A program made the position numbers and the translations under genes. The notes below the pieces were generated by a model. It ran no database searches. It was not told where the DNA came from and saw only the letters and a program-made list of their open reading frames with translations. A stretch of 64,000 nt of DNA from Schizochytrium sp. TIO01 (lineage: Eukaryota > Protista > Bigyra: Labyrinthulomycetes): positions 4,352,040 to 4,416,039 of the forward strand of contig SMSO01000035.1 of assembly GCA_004764695.1 (NCBI GenBank). The letters run 5' to 3'. This document shows positions 47,296-61,547 of this stretch, one piece after another. Numbering within the stretch: the stretch's first letter is position 1; each line of letters begins with the position of its first letter.

Positions 47296-49583
47296 TTAAA
47301 TGCGCACAATCTCGACACGGGTTCTGGAGGATACATTATTGGGCACCAGCGGATCTTCTTCGCCATCACGCTTAGTCACAGTTGCTTGGAGCTCTTCCGC
47401 TGTACGCGGTTTGACAAGGACTCTTGCATACATTCCACCAGTGCGACCACGTGTGAGTTTACCTGGATTGACACAAAGTGTTCCTTCAAGGTCGTGAGCA
47501 AAATGCATCAACTTCGAAGTGACAAGGAGGAAATCGGGTTGGACATTGAGCGAAATATTGTGACGCTGTGTCAACTCAAGCTCTGCACCTTGGCCAGGAG
47601 GGAACATAGGATAGAAAGAGCGCTGCTGAAGCATGTGTTCGGCAAGGCGTTGAATACGTTTTCTCTTGGGAGCAGTTTTGTCTACCTTTGCAACATCTTC
47701 TTGTGCCAGATGGAGGATTGTATCTTGTGTGTTGACAGCGACTGTGTACTGATTTACCTGGAGAACACAGGGGTTTGGCGCGAAAATAATTTGGCCAGGG
47801 TCTGCAAGCTCTACATCTGCAAGCAGAGCCCGCGGTAGAGGGGGCTGCGGGTAGGCTACGTCGTGGGTAATATCATCAAGAGCAGGGACAATGACAACGC
47901 GAGTAGGGCATTCATCCAGAACGGAGGCAATGCGTTGCAGGACAAATTCCATAACATCCTTAAAAGTGAGATGGAGCGTCTCGCCAGACTCAAGCGTCTT
48001 CTTACACTTTCCGGAAGCTACATGGGGGTGCTTGGCATCCACAAAAGGACCCATAAGAATAAGTACGTCCGGCTTAGCCTCCACAACGTTGGCTAACAAA
48101 TCCTCCAAAGGCTCATACTCAAGATCATCGAGAGTTGAGAACGGACCTGCTGCAGTCATCATAGACAACGGCTTTGTCTGACCCGCCTCTTGGCGAGAAG
48201 CTCGTGAGAGCGGCACAGTGACAAGAGGAGGCTTGGCTGACGTGTAAACCTCACGGACATGAAATGTATGTCCAGAGGGACAAACACCACGTAGTGCAAC
48301 AATTTGGCCGGGGAAGAAGCTAAAAGAGGGAATCTTGGCGTCCAATTCGAGCTTTACTCGGACACCATTTGCCTCCGCGCGAGAACCTTCGAGCAAAAGA
48401 GAGTTCGCATTGAGTTTTCCGTTCGGCGCTTCGCAACAGATACGACCCACGACGAGGACCTCATCCTGACCAGTGTGACTTACAGGCGCAAAGTCTTCAT
48501 CATTCCAGCCGTGAGCCTCCTTAAAGTATTCCTTCATTTCCACAATTTGATCCTCTAGTACGTTGGCGCGTTCCGGAATTGTGGTGTACATGTACTGGTA
48601 TGGCTCGCGTAATTCACTGACCAATTCAACCTTAGGAGCGGCAGATGCGATTGTTCTCTCCTGGTTCTCTGCACATACAGTCTCCCAGGAAAGTCCAGTG
48701 TTACCCATATCCTCACAGAGTTCAACCTTACCCATATCGGTTCGCTCTGCATATCCAGCTGTCGAACAAATTGGCGATGATGAAGTGGGGAGCTTCATTT
48801 GTCCACTGTCAGCCTTTGTTGGTGTTTGCGGAGCTTCAAGTTTGACACGTTTCTTTTGCCCAGAAAGAAGCATGGACCTCGAGCCAGCCATATTGGAATT
48901 GCCCGCGGATCGTTTCTGAGAAGGCGAGGAAACACCTTCGCCGAGATCAAGGCCGAACTTTTGCGAGAAGTCATCAATGCGACGACTTTGACCCGCCATT
49001 TTGCTTACTGTGCGCTTGGTCATCACTGGCGATGAGTAGCCTGCAGCCTGGACGCGCCCTCCCTGGGCATCGAACTCCTGACGTGGGGGCTTCTTGCCAT
49101 AGACTTTGCGGCGCTTTGCATCGTCACGTTGACGATCCTTGGCAATAGACTCTCCAAGCTTTTTCATGAGCTTGTCAGACGAGAAGTTGGGGTGGTTAAG
49201 AGCGAGGACCTCCCACTTGGTCACGAGATCACTAGCACTGACAGCATTTTGCCTCATGAGGTCCGTGCCTGTTTTGTTGTTGAAAATGTCCAAAAGAAAT
49301 CCAAAGAATGTGTGTAGTGTAATCATATAATATTGAGCAAGCACATTTGCAAGATGTCAGTCTTCATCAGCCTTCCCCTAATGTTTCCACAACGAGAAGC
49401 AAGTACCTAGGATCTAGGCCTGCTTGCCCATACACCCTGAGACGATAAATCAATTCTCATTGGGCAAATAAATACATTGACTTACAAAATTTGACAAAGC
49501 CTTCATTTGTCACGTCTACGTCGCCGACGCCCTTGAAGGCACGGCGCACGTCCTTCAGCGCTGGTTTCCATATCGACCGGCAT
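47296..49583 (-). CDS. POLA2: DNA polymerase alpha subunit B; exons 49583-49486 (apparent +1 indel near 49563) and 49268-47296
   Basis: YQYMY, VVGRICCE, LLEGSR, SFFPGQIVALRG, AAGPFS, PDVLILMGPFVD, YPQPP, QQRSFYPMFPP and CVNPGKL. The donor TTTT|GTAAGT and acceptor AACAG|GC give KFCTDLMRQNAVSASDLVTKWE. Confidence 0.92.
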
Positions 49584-50396
49584 GGTTTTGTTCTTCACTT
49601 CTCAACCTAGGGCCTAAGCCAAATCTGGTTTGTGAATCTGCGGCGAGTTCAACCGAGACTGCCAAACTCGGTCGGCGGTGCAGCCAAGAGCTCCTTAGGC
49701 CCTTCGGGTGCTCCTCACGACGGTCAGCTTGGCCGTCGTTGGAGATCTGCGCTTGAGTCAACGCAACAACAATGACCACGTGAACAGTGGAATGACTTTA
49801 CTTTCCATACCTACTTAGTTAGTTAGTTAGGATTCTTTTGCTTTTTAGCACCAATCGGTCGTTAGAGAAATAGAGAACTAACCACCACCTGGGAGTTGCT
49901 TAAATAATCAAACTAAATGTAAAGTCTATGTGCTGGTATTGGGAAACCACATGATGAATTATGTTACAAGACTAAGTAATATATTATATGCGCAACCCAT
50001 TATGAGCCTTCAACCTAACTCAATGTTATTAGGGTTGAAGGTGGATAACAGAGTTCTTATGGCTTGTCACGATGCTAGAGGGTGCCAAGTCGAGGGATAC
50101 TCATGGGCCATTGTTAAGATTGGGCAAAGGCAAGACAAATTCATTGATACTGGTTTAAACCATAAAAGCTGAATTAGATCTACTAATATTCTAGAAAGTA
50201 GAAAGGTTTGATGGCACTCAGACAGAAACTTCGTCGTAACAAGAAGGTATAGCAAGGTTTGTACTCATTAAATGTCTGAGAAACTTTGTTATTTACTTGA
50301 GATTTGAATCTTTATTATTATTAAGTCCAAAGCTTCTTAGACATTAAAATGCACAATTCGTCGAGTGGAAAACTGCACCATTGTAAACATAACTTG

Positions 50397-50950
50397 GATA
50401 TCGCTAGATCAGAGTTAAATACCTTCTATCAAATTGAAAAAAAATTCATGATTTTATGGTTCATTAGAATCTAAGCCTGAGCTTAGGGCTTTTTGTCTTG
50501 ATGTTCTCGCAGCATGAGGCCGTACGGGACGCACTCATAACATTGAAATCACTGCTTTGATCTCGCTAGACCAGAGTTAAATGCCTTCTACTAAATTGGT
50601 TTTATGGCTCATCAGAATCTTAGCCCGAGCTTAGGGCTTTCTGACATGGTGTTCTCGCAGCATGAGGCCGTAAGGGACACACTCATAACATTGAAATCAC
50701 TACTTTGATCTCCTTAGACCAGAGGTAAATGCCTTCTACTAAATTGGTTTTATGGCTCATCAGAATCTTAGCCCGAGCTTAGGGCTTTCTGACATGGTGT
50801 TCTCGCAGCATGAGGCCGTAAGGGACACACTCATAACATTGAAATCACTACTTTGATCTCCTTAGACCAGAGGTAAATGCCTTCTATCAAATTGAAAAAA
50901 GTCATGATTTGGTGGCTCATCAATAGCTCAGTCTAAGCTTGGAGCTTTCT
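50397..50950. repeat. Tandem repeat, 148-bp unit, about 3.6 copies, non-coding
   Basis: Unit starts at 50397, 50559, 50707 and 50855; the middle two copies are almost identical. Confidence 0.9.
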
Positions 50951-53900
50951 TACATGAACTACTTGCCACTTAGAGAGTTGTAAGGCCCAACGCCCAAAGA
51001 GAACAAGAAGATGTTCAACTAAGCGATTTAGAGCAGAGATATAGTTTCGACTAATGCGAATAGTTAATATCTCGTGGCTAACAAAAGCTAGAACATCTCG
51101 ACACGCCACGATGCCAACCTAATATTTCAACAGCTTGGCGTAACATAGACGGCATTAATCTGAAGAGTTTGCCGACTCTTCTTTTGCGACCATCGAATAT
51201 GTTTTGTTAAAAGGAATGATATAGCGTAAAAGAATAATCTGGCTGAAATGGATTACCCGCATTTCAGTCATCGTTTACTCAAGAAGATAACAAAATGTAT
51301 CTATTTCTCCACCTCTGCTTTCTGTTCCTACATTGGTCTTCCCATCTCTCAAATGATATTGCTTGGTACTTTAAAGCAAGATTGGTATGAAATAAGAGAA
51401 TACTTAGTAGCTGCAATGAGCCTGTGTGGATCAGCGATCTTCTGGATATCTTCAAAAGTAGGCGGCGCACGGCAACCGCGACAGTTGTTTTGTACAAGAA
51501 AATCAATTCCCTCACAAGCATGAACTGTAAACAATCAATCCTGCACTTGTATTGTGATATTGCACAAGGGTGCCAGCTATGTTATTCCTGGAATGCCCAC
51601 TTGCAGGGAGAGGCGCTCTCATATAACACAGGTTTGTCTGTCTATCCATCAAATCGAAACTCTTCCGTACGCGTGCCCGAGATGTTTATTTGGTTCCTAG
51701 TACCTTCAAGGAAACTCGCTTGTTTGGAACTCGGAGGATTGATAGAAAATGAGGTCGTCTTAACACTGCACGCTCAAGACGTAGTGTTCGCGAAGCCGAG
51801 GATTAAAAAGGTAATTCATTTGATGGCTCGGCCTTGGAAGGTCTATATACTTCCATGCAGGTATAAGTTTGTGCAATAATAGTGTTTATATGATGCTCTC
51901 AACTTCTAAAAAAAAAAAGAAAAAGAAAAAAGAAGGAATAATAGAAAAATCAGTGGTAGAAGAAATGGACACTAAAAAAATAAAAATAAAGTAGCAAAAA
52001 TGCCACTATAGAGGGTAGGTAGGTTGGTAGGTAGGTAGGTACTTCCTACTTTCCAGCTGCCAAGAATGCTTCTTTCTTTCTTTTCTTTGTCTATGGCCAA
52101 TGGTTGCCGCATGCTGAGCATGAGCTTACCGAACGCTGTAATTGCAAAAGCTTTGAAAACAAACAAAGGAACTTGAGAAAAGAAGAAGAAGCAAGGGGTA
52201 ATCTTCCAGTTTCTGCATGTATTCCTAGAGCTACTTAAGGTCAATTCTGAAACCTTGGCGATGTCTACGGTGCCGTTCTCAATTTGGGGTCGGTTGACGT
52301 GTGTCCTCATCCTATCAGCGGCTGCACTTCTTACAAGCCCTTTGCATCATCAATGAAACATTAGCACATCGATCTTGGCGTCATGATTCGGCACTATTTA
52401 CAATACCTGGAATGAGTCCATGGGATAATGAGATGAGCGCGCGGCTTTTATTTGTCTTTTATAGAATTTGGTGCAAATGAATCTGTCGCGACGAAGACCA
52501 CTCGCCTATTCTCGATTCAAGAAAGAAAAGTTAGTCAGTGGCGCCTTCACTTAGTAGCCGCGATGCCAGCTAGTGGTCAGGAGAGCATTTCTGGATCTCT
52601 AGACCGTACCTTAGCGTTTTGATGCAATGCGTCGCAATAATTGAGGAGGATTTTCTTTGCTGCAGAATTCAAGAAGTTGTTGCGGTCGGGAGGTCCTCCT
52701 CCATCAATCGGCCTCTCCACAACTGCTCGAGTGCATACAAAAAGGTCAATGCCCATGCGACTCCTGAGGCCATGCATGGGCTAAAATGATTCTGGTCTCA
52801 TTGTCATGTCGCTAACTTCTTGGGAATTTGGTCTCCGCCAGTGCAACTCAAGACCCCGATATCTTGCCAAACCTGCGTCCTTGCTTGATTGCAGACACAG
52901 CCAAAGGGGAAGATAATTTTGGCGAAGACGCTTAGCAGCTAATACGCGTACTCGATGCCAGCAACCTCAGGTCCCAATCATCAGCCCAGGGCTGGGTTCA
53001 TCCACTGAGTCTGGCTCAGCGAGTCTCGATGCACTCTTCAAAGAACCGCGTGCGCCAAAGTGCTGATCGATCCAGTGCCTCTGCTAAGATGCTCGTCTCT
53101 AAAAGCACCCGAAGCAGGGGTTTACTGGTAGGTTAACGTTCTTGTGATTCCAAATCATCTTGCTCTGGACGGCAGGAAACACGCGAGCCTCCTGGTGCCT
53201 GCAGGATCAGTGCGCAGGTGGAGGCGGCGCCAAGCCTGCCACAGCAATGAGCAGGACAAAGCTCCCTCTGGCCTTTTAACTAATTATCAATTACTGATTC
53301 ATGATCATCTTGAATTCTTTCAATTGCTGTTCTATAAAAATGTTATCATTATACGTATATACATACCTTTAAAAAATGTTTTTTACTTCTAATTTTAATT
53401 TTATGAAATTTGATTTATAAAAGAGTTAAAGTGAAATTAAAAATGATGTTGGCTTTTAAAATTTTATTCAAAACAAAACAAAACCAAACAAAACCAAACT
53501 TGAACAACTTGAAGGTGATGACCTTTTTATTTAATTTCTATATATAATTTATAAAAAATGAACAACAAGAAGACGAAGAGAAGAATCGTTGAAACTCTTG
53601 CTTGATGATACCAATGAGTTCAACAACAACCAGCAAAATGACGGAGGGAGACTATGAGTAGAAAAGAAGGCCTTTCCCAATCATGGCTATCACCACGTTT
53701 CAAACCAATGAGCAGAGCTGGAGATAACCTGTCTTGAGTCAAGCTTAAACCTTCATCGCACAGGCCCACGGGGCACGCCTACCTAGCCTCTAGCACCTCC
53801 TATGCACCTACGCCTACTGTCTGGACTATCCACGTGCTACCAGTCCATCAGTCGCCGGAGATTCTCCTGAAAACCCCCTTCTCATTCCACCATCCGAAGT

Positions 53901-54071
53901 TCTTCCGAGACACGGAAACGTCCAAAGCCGTCGTTAAGTCCGCACGACAGGCGGCACTTCTCCCTCTTGTCCCCTCTCTCTCTGCCGCCCCTTCAGTCAT
54001 TCATACCATCACATCGCGCCTCCGCAGAGTTCGAGACAGAGAGATAGAAAGATTCAAACGTTCATTGCAAT

Positions 54072-54126
54072 AAACATATATATATAAACATATACATATG
54101 TATATATATATATATTTATAAACATA

Positions 54127-54157
<31 letters not shown>

Positions 54158-54202
54158 TTATAAACATTTATATTATATATAAACATATTTATAAATACAT
54201 AC
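54072..54202. repeat. AT-rich (TA)n microsatellite
   Basis: Interrupted tatatata run. Confidence 0.85.
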
Positions 54203-56742
54203 ATGCATTCGCGCCGCCTAAGCCCTCCTATCGCGTCGCTAGCAGTGCCCAGAGCGAAAGCTTTCACGGATCGACCAACTTCGCTGTATCTTGAGGCGCT
54301 CCATTTCTCTCAACAACCGTGTGTCTTTAAAGGCGCTGATGATCTTCTTCTCTTTTCTTCACTCTTCTTCACTCTTCGTCGATGTTGTTATTGTGTTGGT
54401 TGGGCTTCAAACTGTGAGGGGGTTGATTGGAGCGCTTCTTAGTTCATTCAGGATTGCAGAAGAGAAAAGGCTTTGAAGGCGAAGGTAAAGCTCAATACAC
54501 GGAAAGCAAAGGACTGTGCAGAGCAGATACAGCAAAAAGAGATCTCGCAGAAGGCGAAAAAGAGGAGAGAGGAAACGCGAGCGATGCCCTGTAGCACCGG
54601 CACTAGCCGTATCGGTAACACTCGCTCCAGCTAGATACTTTGTTTCTCCGTTTAAAGTTATTTCGTTAATAAAATAATCATAAAATAACTTTAAAAATCA
54701 ATAACTTCAAATAAAAAGAATCAATAACTTCAAAAGAGATTAAAAACAAATAAACAAATTCATTAAAAATGAGAAACAGCTTAACTTGAAAGAAACGATT
54801 GCGCGATTTGCTTGGAAAGAACAGATGGATTAGAATAGAGGCGGCCGCTCAAGAGGCGAGGAAAAGAGGGCGTTAGGCCTCAGCAGAGTCCTCTTCGGAC
54901 AGGAGGGGCACGCGTAACCTGTGGCGGAGCTGATCGAGGGCTGCGAAAGGAGAAAACAGATAGATAGCAGGCACCGCCGCGCACTGCTACTGCGCTGCTA
55001 GCGAGGAGCCTAAGCGCGAGAAAGGATATCCCATTGGGCTGGTGACAGTTGGAAGCGCAGGCACGCGCAGAGAGAGACGAGAGAGACGAGGCGCTCGGCC
55101 CCGCAGCGTGGGCGCCGTAGGAGGGGCCCGGCCAGTGGAAAGAAGTGTTTTATTGCGCCTCACAGAGTTGAAGCTATCCACTGAGGTTCAAATTCTCAGT
55201 GGGGTTGGAGGGGCTAAATTAGTAAAATTGAAGGGGACAGAGGGAGGTTTGGTGAGAGGAAGATTATCCCGTTACGACTGAGTAACACTGATAAATATTA
55301 TTTGTGCCTTTAGGAAGTATGTATAGGAGATTGGTGAAGGGATTTTAGCATATATTTTATTTCACCGTATGAGGTACCACTGTAACCCATTACACTAAGT
55401 GTTCGTGCAGTAGTATGGTTATGTTAAACTACTAATTGGTCGTGATTAACGATATAATTATTGAGCTTGTGTCGAGAAAAGAAAAAGTAAATATTTAATT
55501 TAGTATAGTCAACTTGTTTTGCCGAACAAAGGAAAAATAAAGCTGTGGGACATACAAAGCTCCGTGAGGTGACATGCTGGTAGTGTGCTTCCAACTCCTG
55601 CGTTTATAAAAGAGACTAACATCAAAAGGGTTCTCTGGAGAGAACGGGAATGAATACCCTCCCACTGGGCATCCCCACTCATCAATTTTGTCTCCACACC
55701 TAGATTTACCTCTTAGCTTGGCCCTAGAAACTTTACTCTGCACACCTCTAATTTTGAAAAATATTTATAGATATGGAGGGATTGACATAGCTAATATAAT
55801 AAAAGCTCCCAGTGGAGTTTGAGAGGGGGTACACTGCCGTTATCGGTTGCCTCACGCTTAGAGGGGAGATACACTGAGCAATAGTTTGTGAGGACGGCGG
55901 GAGGTTTTTGGGACGCGGTGAAAAGTTGGGACGAATTGTAATAGTATCCAGGAACCGAGGTCCCCAAAGAACTGGGACCGCGCCCGCCGCTGCGTGAAGT
56001 TCTCTCCAGCAGGGCTCTGAGAGGTCTCTGCGCTCGGGGGTTCCTCAGACCCCTTTGCGTGCTGTCCACCTGCCCCGGTTTCCGCCCCGGTGCCCAGCTC
56101 CGGTGCCCTTTTCCACGCCCTTCTTCGCGCGAGCTAAAGCAGCGCGAGCGCCCGTGGCTCGATAAGAACCGTTACCCACTGCTAACCCGTAGCCCTTCCT
56201 AGGCGGCGGTAGGTCTTTTAGTACCGCGCTTCGTCAATAAAATACGTTGGACTGTATGAAATGAATCAATGAACGAACGAATGAATCCATCAATGAATCC
56301 ATCGATGCATCAAACAATGAATCAATGAATGAATCAATCAACCAATACCGCGGAGACGCAGGAGGCGAAGGAAACCGCTCCGCCTTGGAGCTCGGGAGCA
56401 GCTCTGCGGAGACCGGCGTCGGTCCCAGAGGGTCTCTGCGCAAGGCGTCGTCGCTCGCGGCGCTTCAGAGCTCCTGCAGAGGCAGGTCTCCTGGCGGGGC
56501 TTCTTGGCAGCCATTCTTGGCGTTCTCGTTCTCGATTCTTCTGCTGCAGGTTCTGCGTGCGTCCAATCTCGAGCCGCGGACTCCTCTCCAGCACCAGCGC
56601 AGTGCGGCGAGCGCCTCGGTCGGCCTGGGCCTGCCTCTCCTGCCGCTCTCCGCGCTACGGCGTCTGCTTCGATGGCTTTGTTTTGGCGCCCTCCGCTCTA
56701 TCTTTGCGGCGGCCGTCTTCAATGATTTAAAAGTTGTTTATC

Positions 56743-58580
56743 TGATTGATTGATTATTGATTATTGATTATTGATTATTGATTATTGATTGATTGATTGA
56801 TCGAATGTTTAGAGCGGAATTGATTGATAGATTGATGGTTTGTTGGAGCGATTTCATCGAAGAAGCCGCAGCTCCGTGGAGCGATGGAGACGCTCTTGGG
56901 CGAAGGAATGAACTCTTTCTTTGCGGAATCGAAGAACGCCACTGAAGGATTCAAGTGTGGTGGGTTCCTCTTCGCACCGGACCTCGAATCGATGGATCCA
57001 AACCAATGACGCGTGAGTGAGTGAGTGAATGAGTGAATGAATGAGTGAATGAATGAGTGAATGAATGAATGAGTGAATGAATGAATGAATGAATGAATGA
57101 ATGAATGAGCAGAGATGAATGGGAAAGAGAAGGAGGAAGAGAGAGGAAGAGAGAGGGAGAGAGAGGGAGAGAGGGTTTCAATGGGAACTTGAGAAGGAGT
57201 GAGTGCTGAGAATGCAGAGCCTCCATTCACTCACTCACGCATTCATTCATTCACTCGTTCGTTCACTCGCGGCTCTTCCGTCCATCCCTGACGGAAGTCC
57301 GTCGGAGAGCGGAGAGGAATTGAGCAGAGGCTTCTTCTGCGATGAACGTCGAATCAGCCTCATCGAAAGGCTTAGCTGTCAAATTGAAAAGGAAACGAAA
57401 CACCTTCTGCTGCTACTACCCACTTAGTTAGCAGATTCCATAGATCGTGGTCAGAGATAGAGAATGAATGAATGAATGAATGAATGAATGAATTAATGAA
57501 TTAATAAATTAATGAATTAATGAATTAATGAATGAATGAATGAATTAATCTCTCTCTTAGTCAGTCGCTACGTAAGTAAGTAAGTAGGTAAGTAGGGCTT
57601 TGAGGGTACCTTAGTAGGTGCCTACGTGTGACTAAGTAGGTAGGTACTGCTAGCTAGCTGGCTAGCTAAGGAGGAAGGAAGGAAGTATGGAGGTAAGTGA
57701 GCAGTTAGTGAGAAGGTACGAAAGTTTTAGTTTGGCAGTCAGTCAGTCAGTCAGTCAGTCAGTCGATTCATGAATCATTTTGTTTGTTCGTACAGATGAG
57801 TGCAAGTCAGTTGAGGAATCAGCTGTTGAAGCAGCCATTTAACAACATGAGGTCTTCGAGATCATCCATGAGCTTCTTCGATGACATCAATTTGTAGTTG
57901 ATTCCAATTGGTCTTCCAAGCCATCATGTTACAAAGGGCCTTTCATGCTGGCTAGCTAGCTAGCTAGGCTTTCAACTATCTGCAAGCTATCTATAAATCT
58001 ATCTGTCTATCTATATCTTTCTTTAATTCTTTCTTCAATTCTTTCCTCAATTCTTTAATTCTTTCTTTACTTCTTTCCATTTGTTTATTTATTTATTTGT
58101 CTCCATTTGTTTATTTGTCTCCATTTGTTTATTTGTTTCCATTTGTTTGTTTGTTTCCATTTGTTTGTTGGGTTGTTTGTATGGATGAACCTGAATGAAT
58201 GCCAATTGATTCATTCGGGTAGCTACAGATAAGGCGGTGCTAGGAGTCCTCTCGCATAGAGCTATCTACTACATCACTATCGCAGAGTAGTGCTGCTAAT
58301 ATAAGGCCTATGAGCGATATCTGGCCATAGGGTAATCATAGGGCATGCTTAGCAAGAACAGTAGCACTAGAAGATGGATGGTACTACTAGCAGGAAGCAA
58401 GCACGTAGTAAGTATCTATCTATCAATCTCATTCTCATCATCACTCATGAATAGGTAAATGAGTTTATTCATGAGTTTATGCATGAGTTTATTCATGAAC
58501 GAATGAATAAACATCGTAATGTTTCAGGCCCATGAGTGCGTGAGTGCGTGCGTGAGTGAGTGAGTGAGTGGGCGAGTGAG
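56743..58580. repeat. Microsatellite-dense tract: (TGATTAT)n, (GAAT/GAGT)n, (CAGT)n, (GCTA)n and an 18-bp TTTGTTTATTTGTCTCCA-like repeat
   Basis: Visible at about 56743-56800, 57013-57107, 57461-57548, 57736-57764, 57951-57966, 58078-58170 and 58533-58580. Confidence 0.85.
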
Positions 58581-61547
58581 AGTGTGTGTTGTTTATTCAT
58601 CATGTATGTATCTATTTATCAGTAAATATTTATATTTATAAATAAATGACCCGAAATAAATCGAAGAAAAGAATGAAAGTTGAGTGAATAGAGAAAGAAA
58701 GGAGGAAATGCATCGTAAGTAAGTAAGTACTGTGATAGGCTTTAAGTATGGTCATGAATCAATGATTGCAGAGAGGAATCACGCTTCGTGAATGGCGAAT
58801 GAAAATGAAGGTGAATCACCGTTCGCGAATCCTCGCGGTAACTCGTGGAAATCGCGGGAAACTTGCGTCCGTGGCGGCCTGTTCTTCTTCCTGAGAGCCA
58901 CTCGCTCACGCATTCGCTTTTTCATTCATTCATGAATAAACTCACTCGATTTGCCTATCGAGTGGAGGAAGGGCTCCGTCCACTTCCGTCATGAGTAAGT
59001 CTTAATCATAAGTCATAAGTCATAAAGTCATAAGTCATGGGTCATGAGTCATGAGTTAGTCAGCTTCATCAATGGATGCAGGCGCTGCTCATTCCTCCAT
59101 TCATGCAGGTCATCCATTTGCGTATGTTGAATGTGTATGTATGCATGTATGTATTTATGCATTCATGTATTCGCCCACGATCGTTCGTTGATTGCATCGT
59201 GAATGAATGAATGAATGAATCACCGCCTGGAAAGGAGTTCTTTCTCTCTCCGTTTCTTCGTTTCTTTCTTCGATCGCTTTCCTGCGTAGGGCAAGCGCTA
59301 TGTAGGTACTAGCAGCAAGCAGCAAATAACGATTTCCGAGGACTGATGCCGAAGTGGCCCAAAGAGTGGCGCAAAGTGGGTTATAGGAGAATAACCTACT
59401 GGGGATTTCGCCACAAGTGAGTTATAGATGGCTATAGCGCACTTGCACCGCCGCCCTTTGCTTCTTCGTCGGTCAGTTAGCCCACTGTAGGGGGTCCTAG
59501 CGGCCCATTAGGCCGTCAACGACATCTGGGTTTAGAATAAATAAATAGAATGAATTGTAGAGTGGCCCGTATCATCATAGCAGCGAGAAATGCGGACATT
59601 GATGTGGTTGCAGATATTCGTGGCCAGGTTCGAGAGAGCGAACTTCTAACTAAAGCTTGGGTTTTGCTCTTCTTCCTCTCCAGGTTTGGGCTCTTTATAA
59701 ATTCCGGGGAGGAATTTGGGAGTATTGGTGAAAGCCTGAAGACATCATGATTGGTGTTTTGAAGATTTCGCAAAGGTTTCGCAAAACTAAACCAAAGATT
59801 TTTTGGAATAACTCCAAATAAAAAGATTTTTTTGGTTGTTGTTGTTATTGTTGTTGTTACAAATCGATAAAAGAAAAACAAATAAAACTTTTAAAAATGC
59901 TTTTAAGAATGTTTCTAAAGTTAAACAAAAAATATGTTTACTGACAGTTTACATTTAAACCAAAAAGAAAAAAGAAAACTATTATGCTTAGATAGATAAA
60001 GCCTCCGCTAAAGAAAATGAATGAACAAATTCATAAACAATAACCAAGTAAGAAGCGGCGACAAGCGGCGGCTCGTCGCTCGCTGTTCATACTCCAATCC
60101 CCGGCCGAGACCGAGCGCCGGCCACACCGGGCTCCTGAGGCACGCTCGGCGGGGCGCAGATCCTCAAAGCCGCTGCCGCGGCCCCTGCCGCCCTCCGCCG
60201 GCGGCCTCCTCCTTGTCGAACTGCTCGACAACCCTCCTCTTCATCCCACTCGATTCCATTCCATTCGATTCTGTTTGTCTTTCTCTTTGTTGTGCTGTTA
60301 TTGATTGTTTGTTGTGGCTGTTGACGCTGTTTCCGCTTCTCCGCCGGGCCTCTCGACTGCGAAGGCCGCTAGCTGGCTGCTGGAGGTTGGCCAGCCTGTG
60401 TGCGTGCCTCTTGCCTGGTTTTTAACCGCTTGCTACCTTCTTCACTCCGCCTCCTGCTGTAGTAGGCCGAGCAGCGAGCAGTTAGTTGGCCAGCTCGCCT
60501 GATCAGTAGCGCTAACCAGTTAGTTGGTGGGCCGCAACCACGGCGACCTACGAGGATACCTGCTAGGATACCCTCGCCGCAGCTGCTCAAGGACAAGAAT
60601 AACAAATTTCTGTTCCCACTCTCTGAACTGGACCTGATATCTTCTTCGTCGACGTTGCTGCTGGCGTTAACGTTGCCGACCTTCTGGACCTCGGCAAGTT
60701 TCATCTATCTCTGAGGGTGACCTCGAGAAGCGGTTGTGGAAATACAAGCAGACATTTGGGATTCTCTTTGCATTCCCGCGACAGTCTCTATCTTCTTTGT
60801 AGGTTGGCTCCATTGCGGACCTGAACTTTGTGGGCTTTACGCTGTGAGTTTTTTGCTTGCTTGCTTACTTGCTTGCTTCTCTGCGCGAGAGGGTGCTTGT
60901 TGGTTGGTGAATCTATCTTTACATCAATTGGTCTTCTTGCGTGTGTAGGTCTAAGTGACTGTGCAGTGCGGAAAGGCTGGGTTGTAGCTCGTGTGAAGGG
61001 GGTGGGTGCCAGTAGAGTGTTTGTTGTTGTGACGTGTGGATAAGTTGAGATCTACACAGTTAGCAAAATAACACATCATCTGGTGCGGATATATTGGTAG
61101 AACTAGCCAGCCAGAGTCGTGTGGTATACTCGTTTACTTATAATTCTCGCGACCCCTGGGCTTGCATGAATACAAGACCACATTTGTATGCACAGGAGGA
61201 AAAGGGATATATATATATATATATGAATAGGCCATCTTCATACATTGAAGACTAGCGAGAAAAAGAGGTCCTTGCGATTTTCTCTCCTTTCTTTCTTCGG
61301 CCTAAATCTACATGCTACGAATAATATTCCACAGACCCAGTAACACCCATAGGCTCGCACGCACCGCTGAAGCCACTCGCACTGTTAAGGTGCTTGCTTG
61401 TATCTTTATTCTATCCAAAGGCGGTTGAACTGACATTTTATTTGCATTATTTGTAAAAAGAAAAAAAAGAGGCAAGAAACCAAAGAGCCTTGATCTGCAA
61501 CCACGACTCCGGAATCTGGAAACGCACGTCGCCACGGCCACTGGGCC

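Noticed and set aside
51250-51879. 151-aa plus-strand ORF and a stop-riddled minus-strand frame (possible pseudogene)
   Set aside because: No recognisable domain on either strand; it cannot be supported without a search.
56234-57427. Overlapping GC-rich and HSFI-repeat ORFs
   Set aside because: They are explained by high GC content and (GAAT)n runs, with no protein-like signal.
58853-58861. E2F-like site (TTTCCCGCG on the minus strand) upstream of the cyclin
   Set aside because: It is a single short motif 2.7 kb from the ATG, and such matches are expected by chance in 64 kb.
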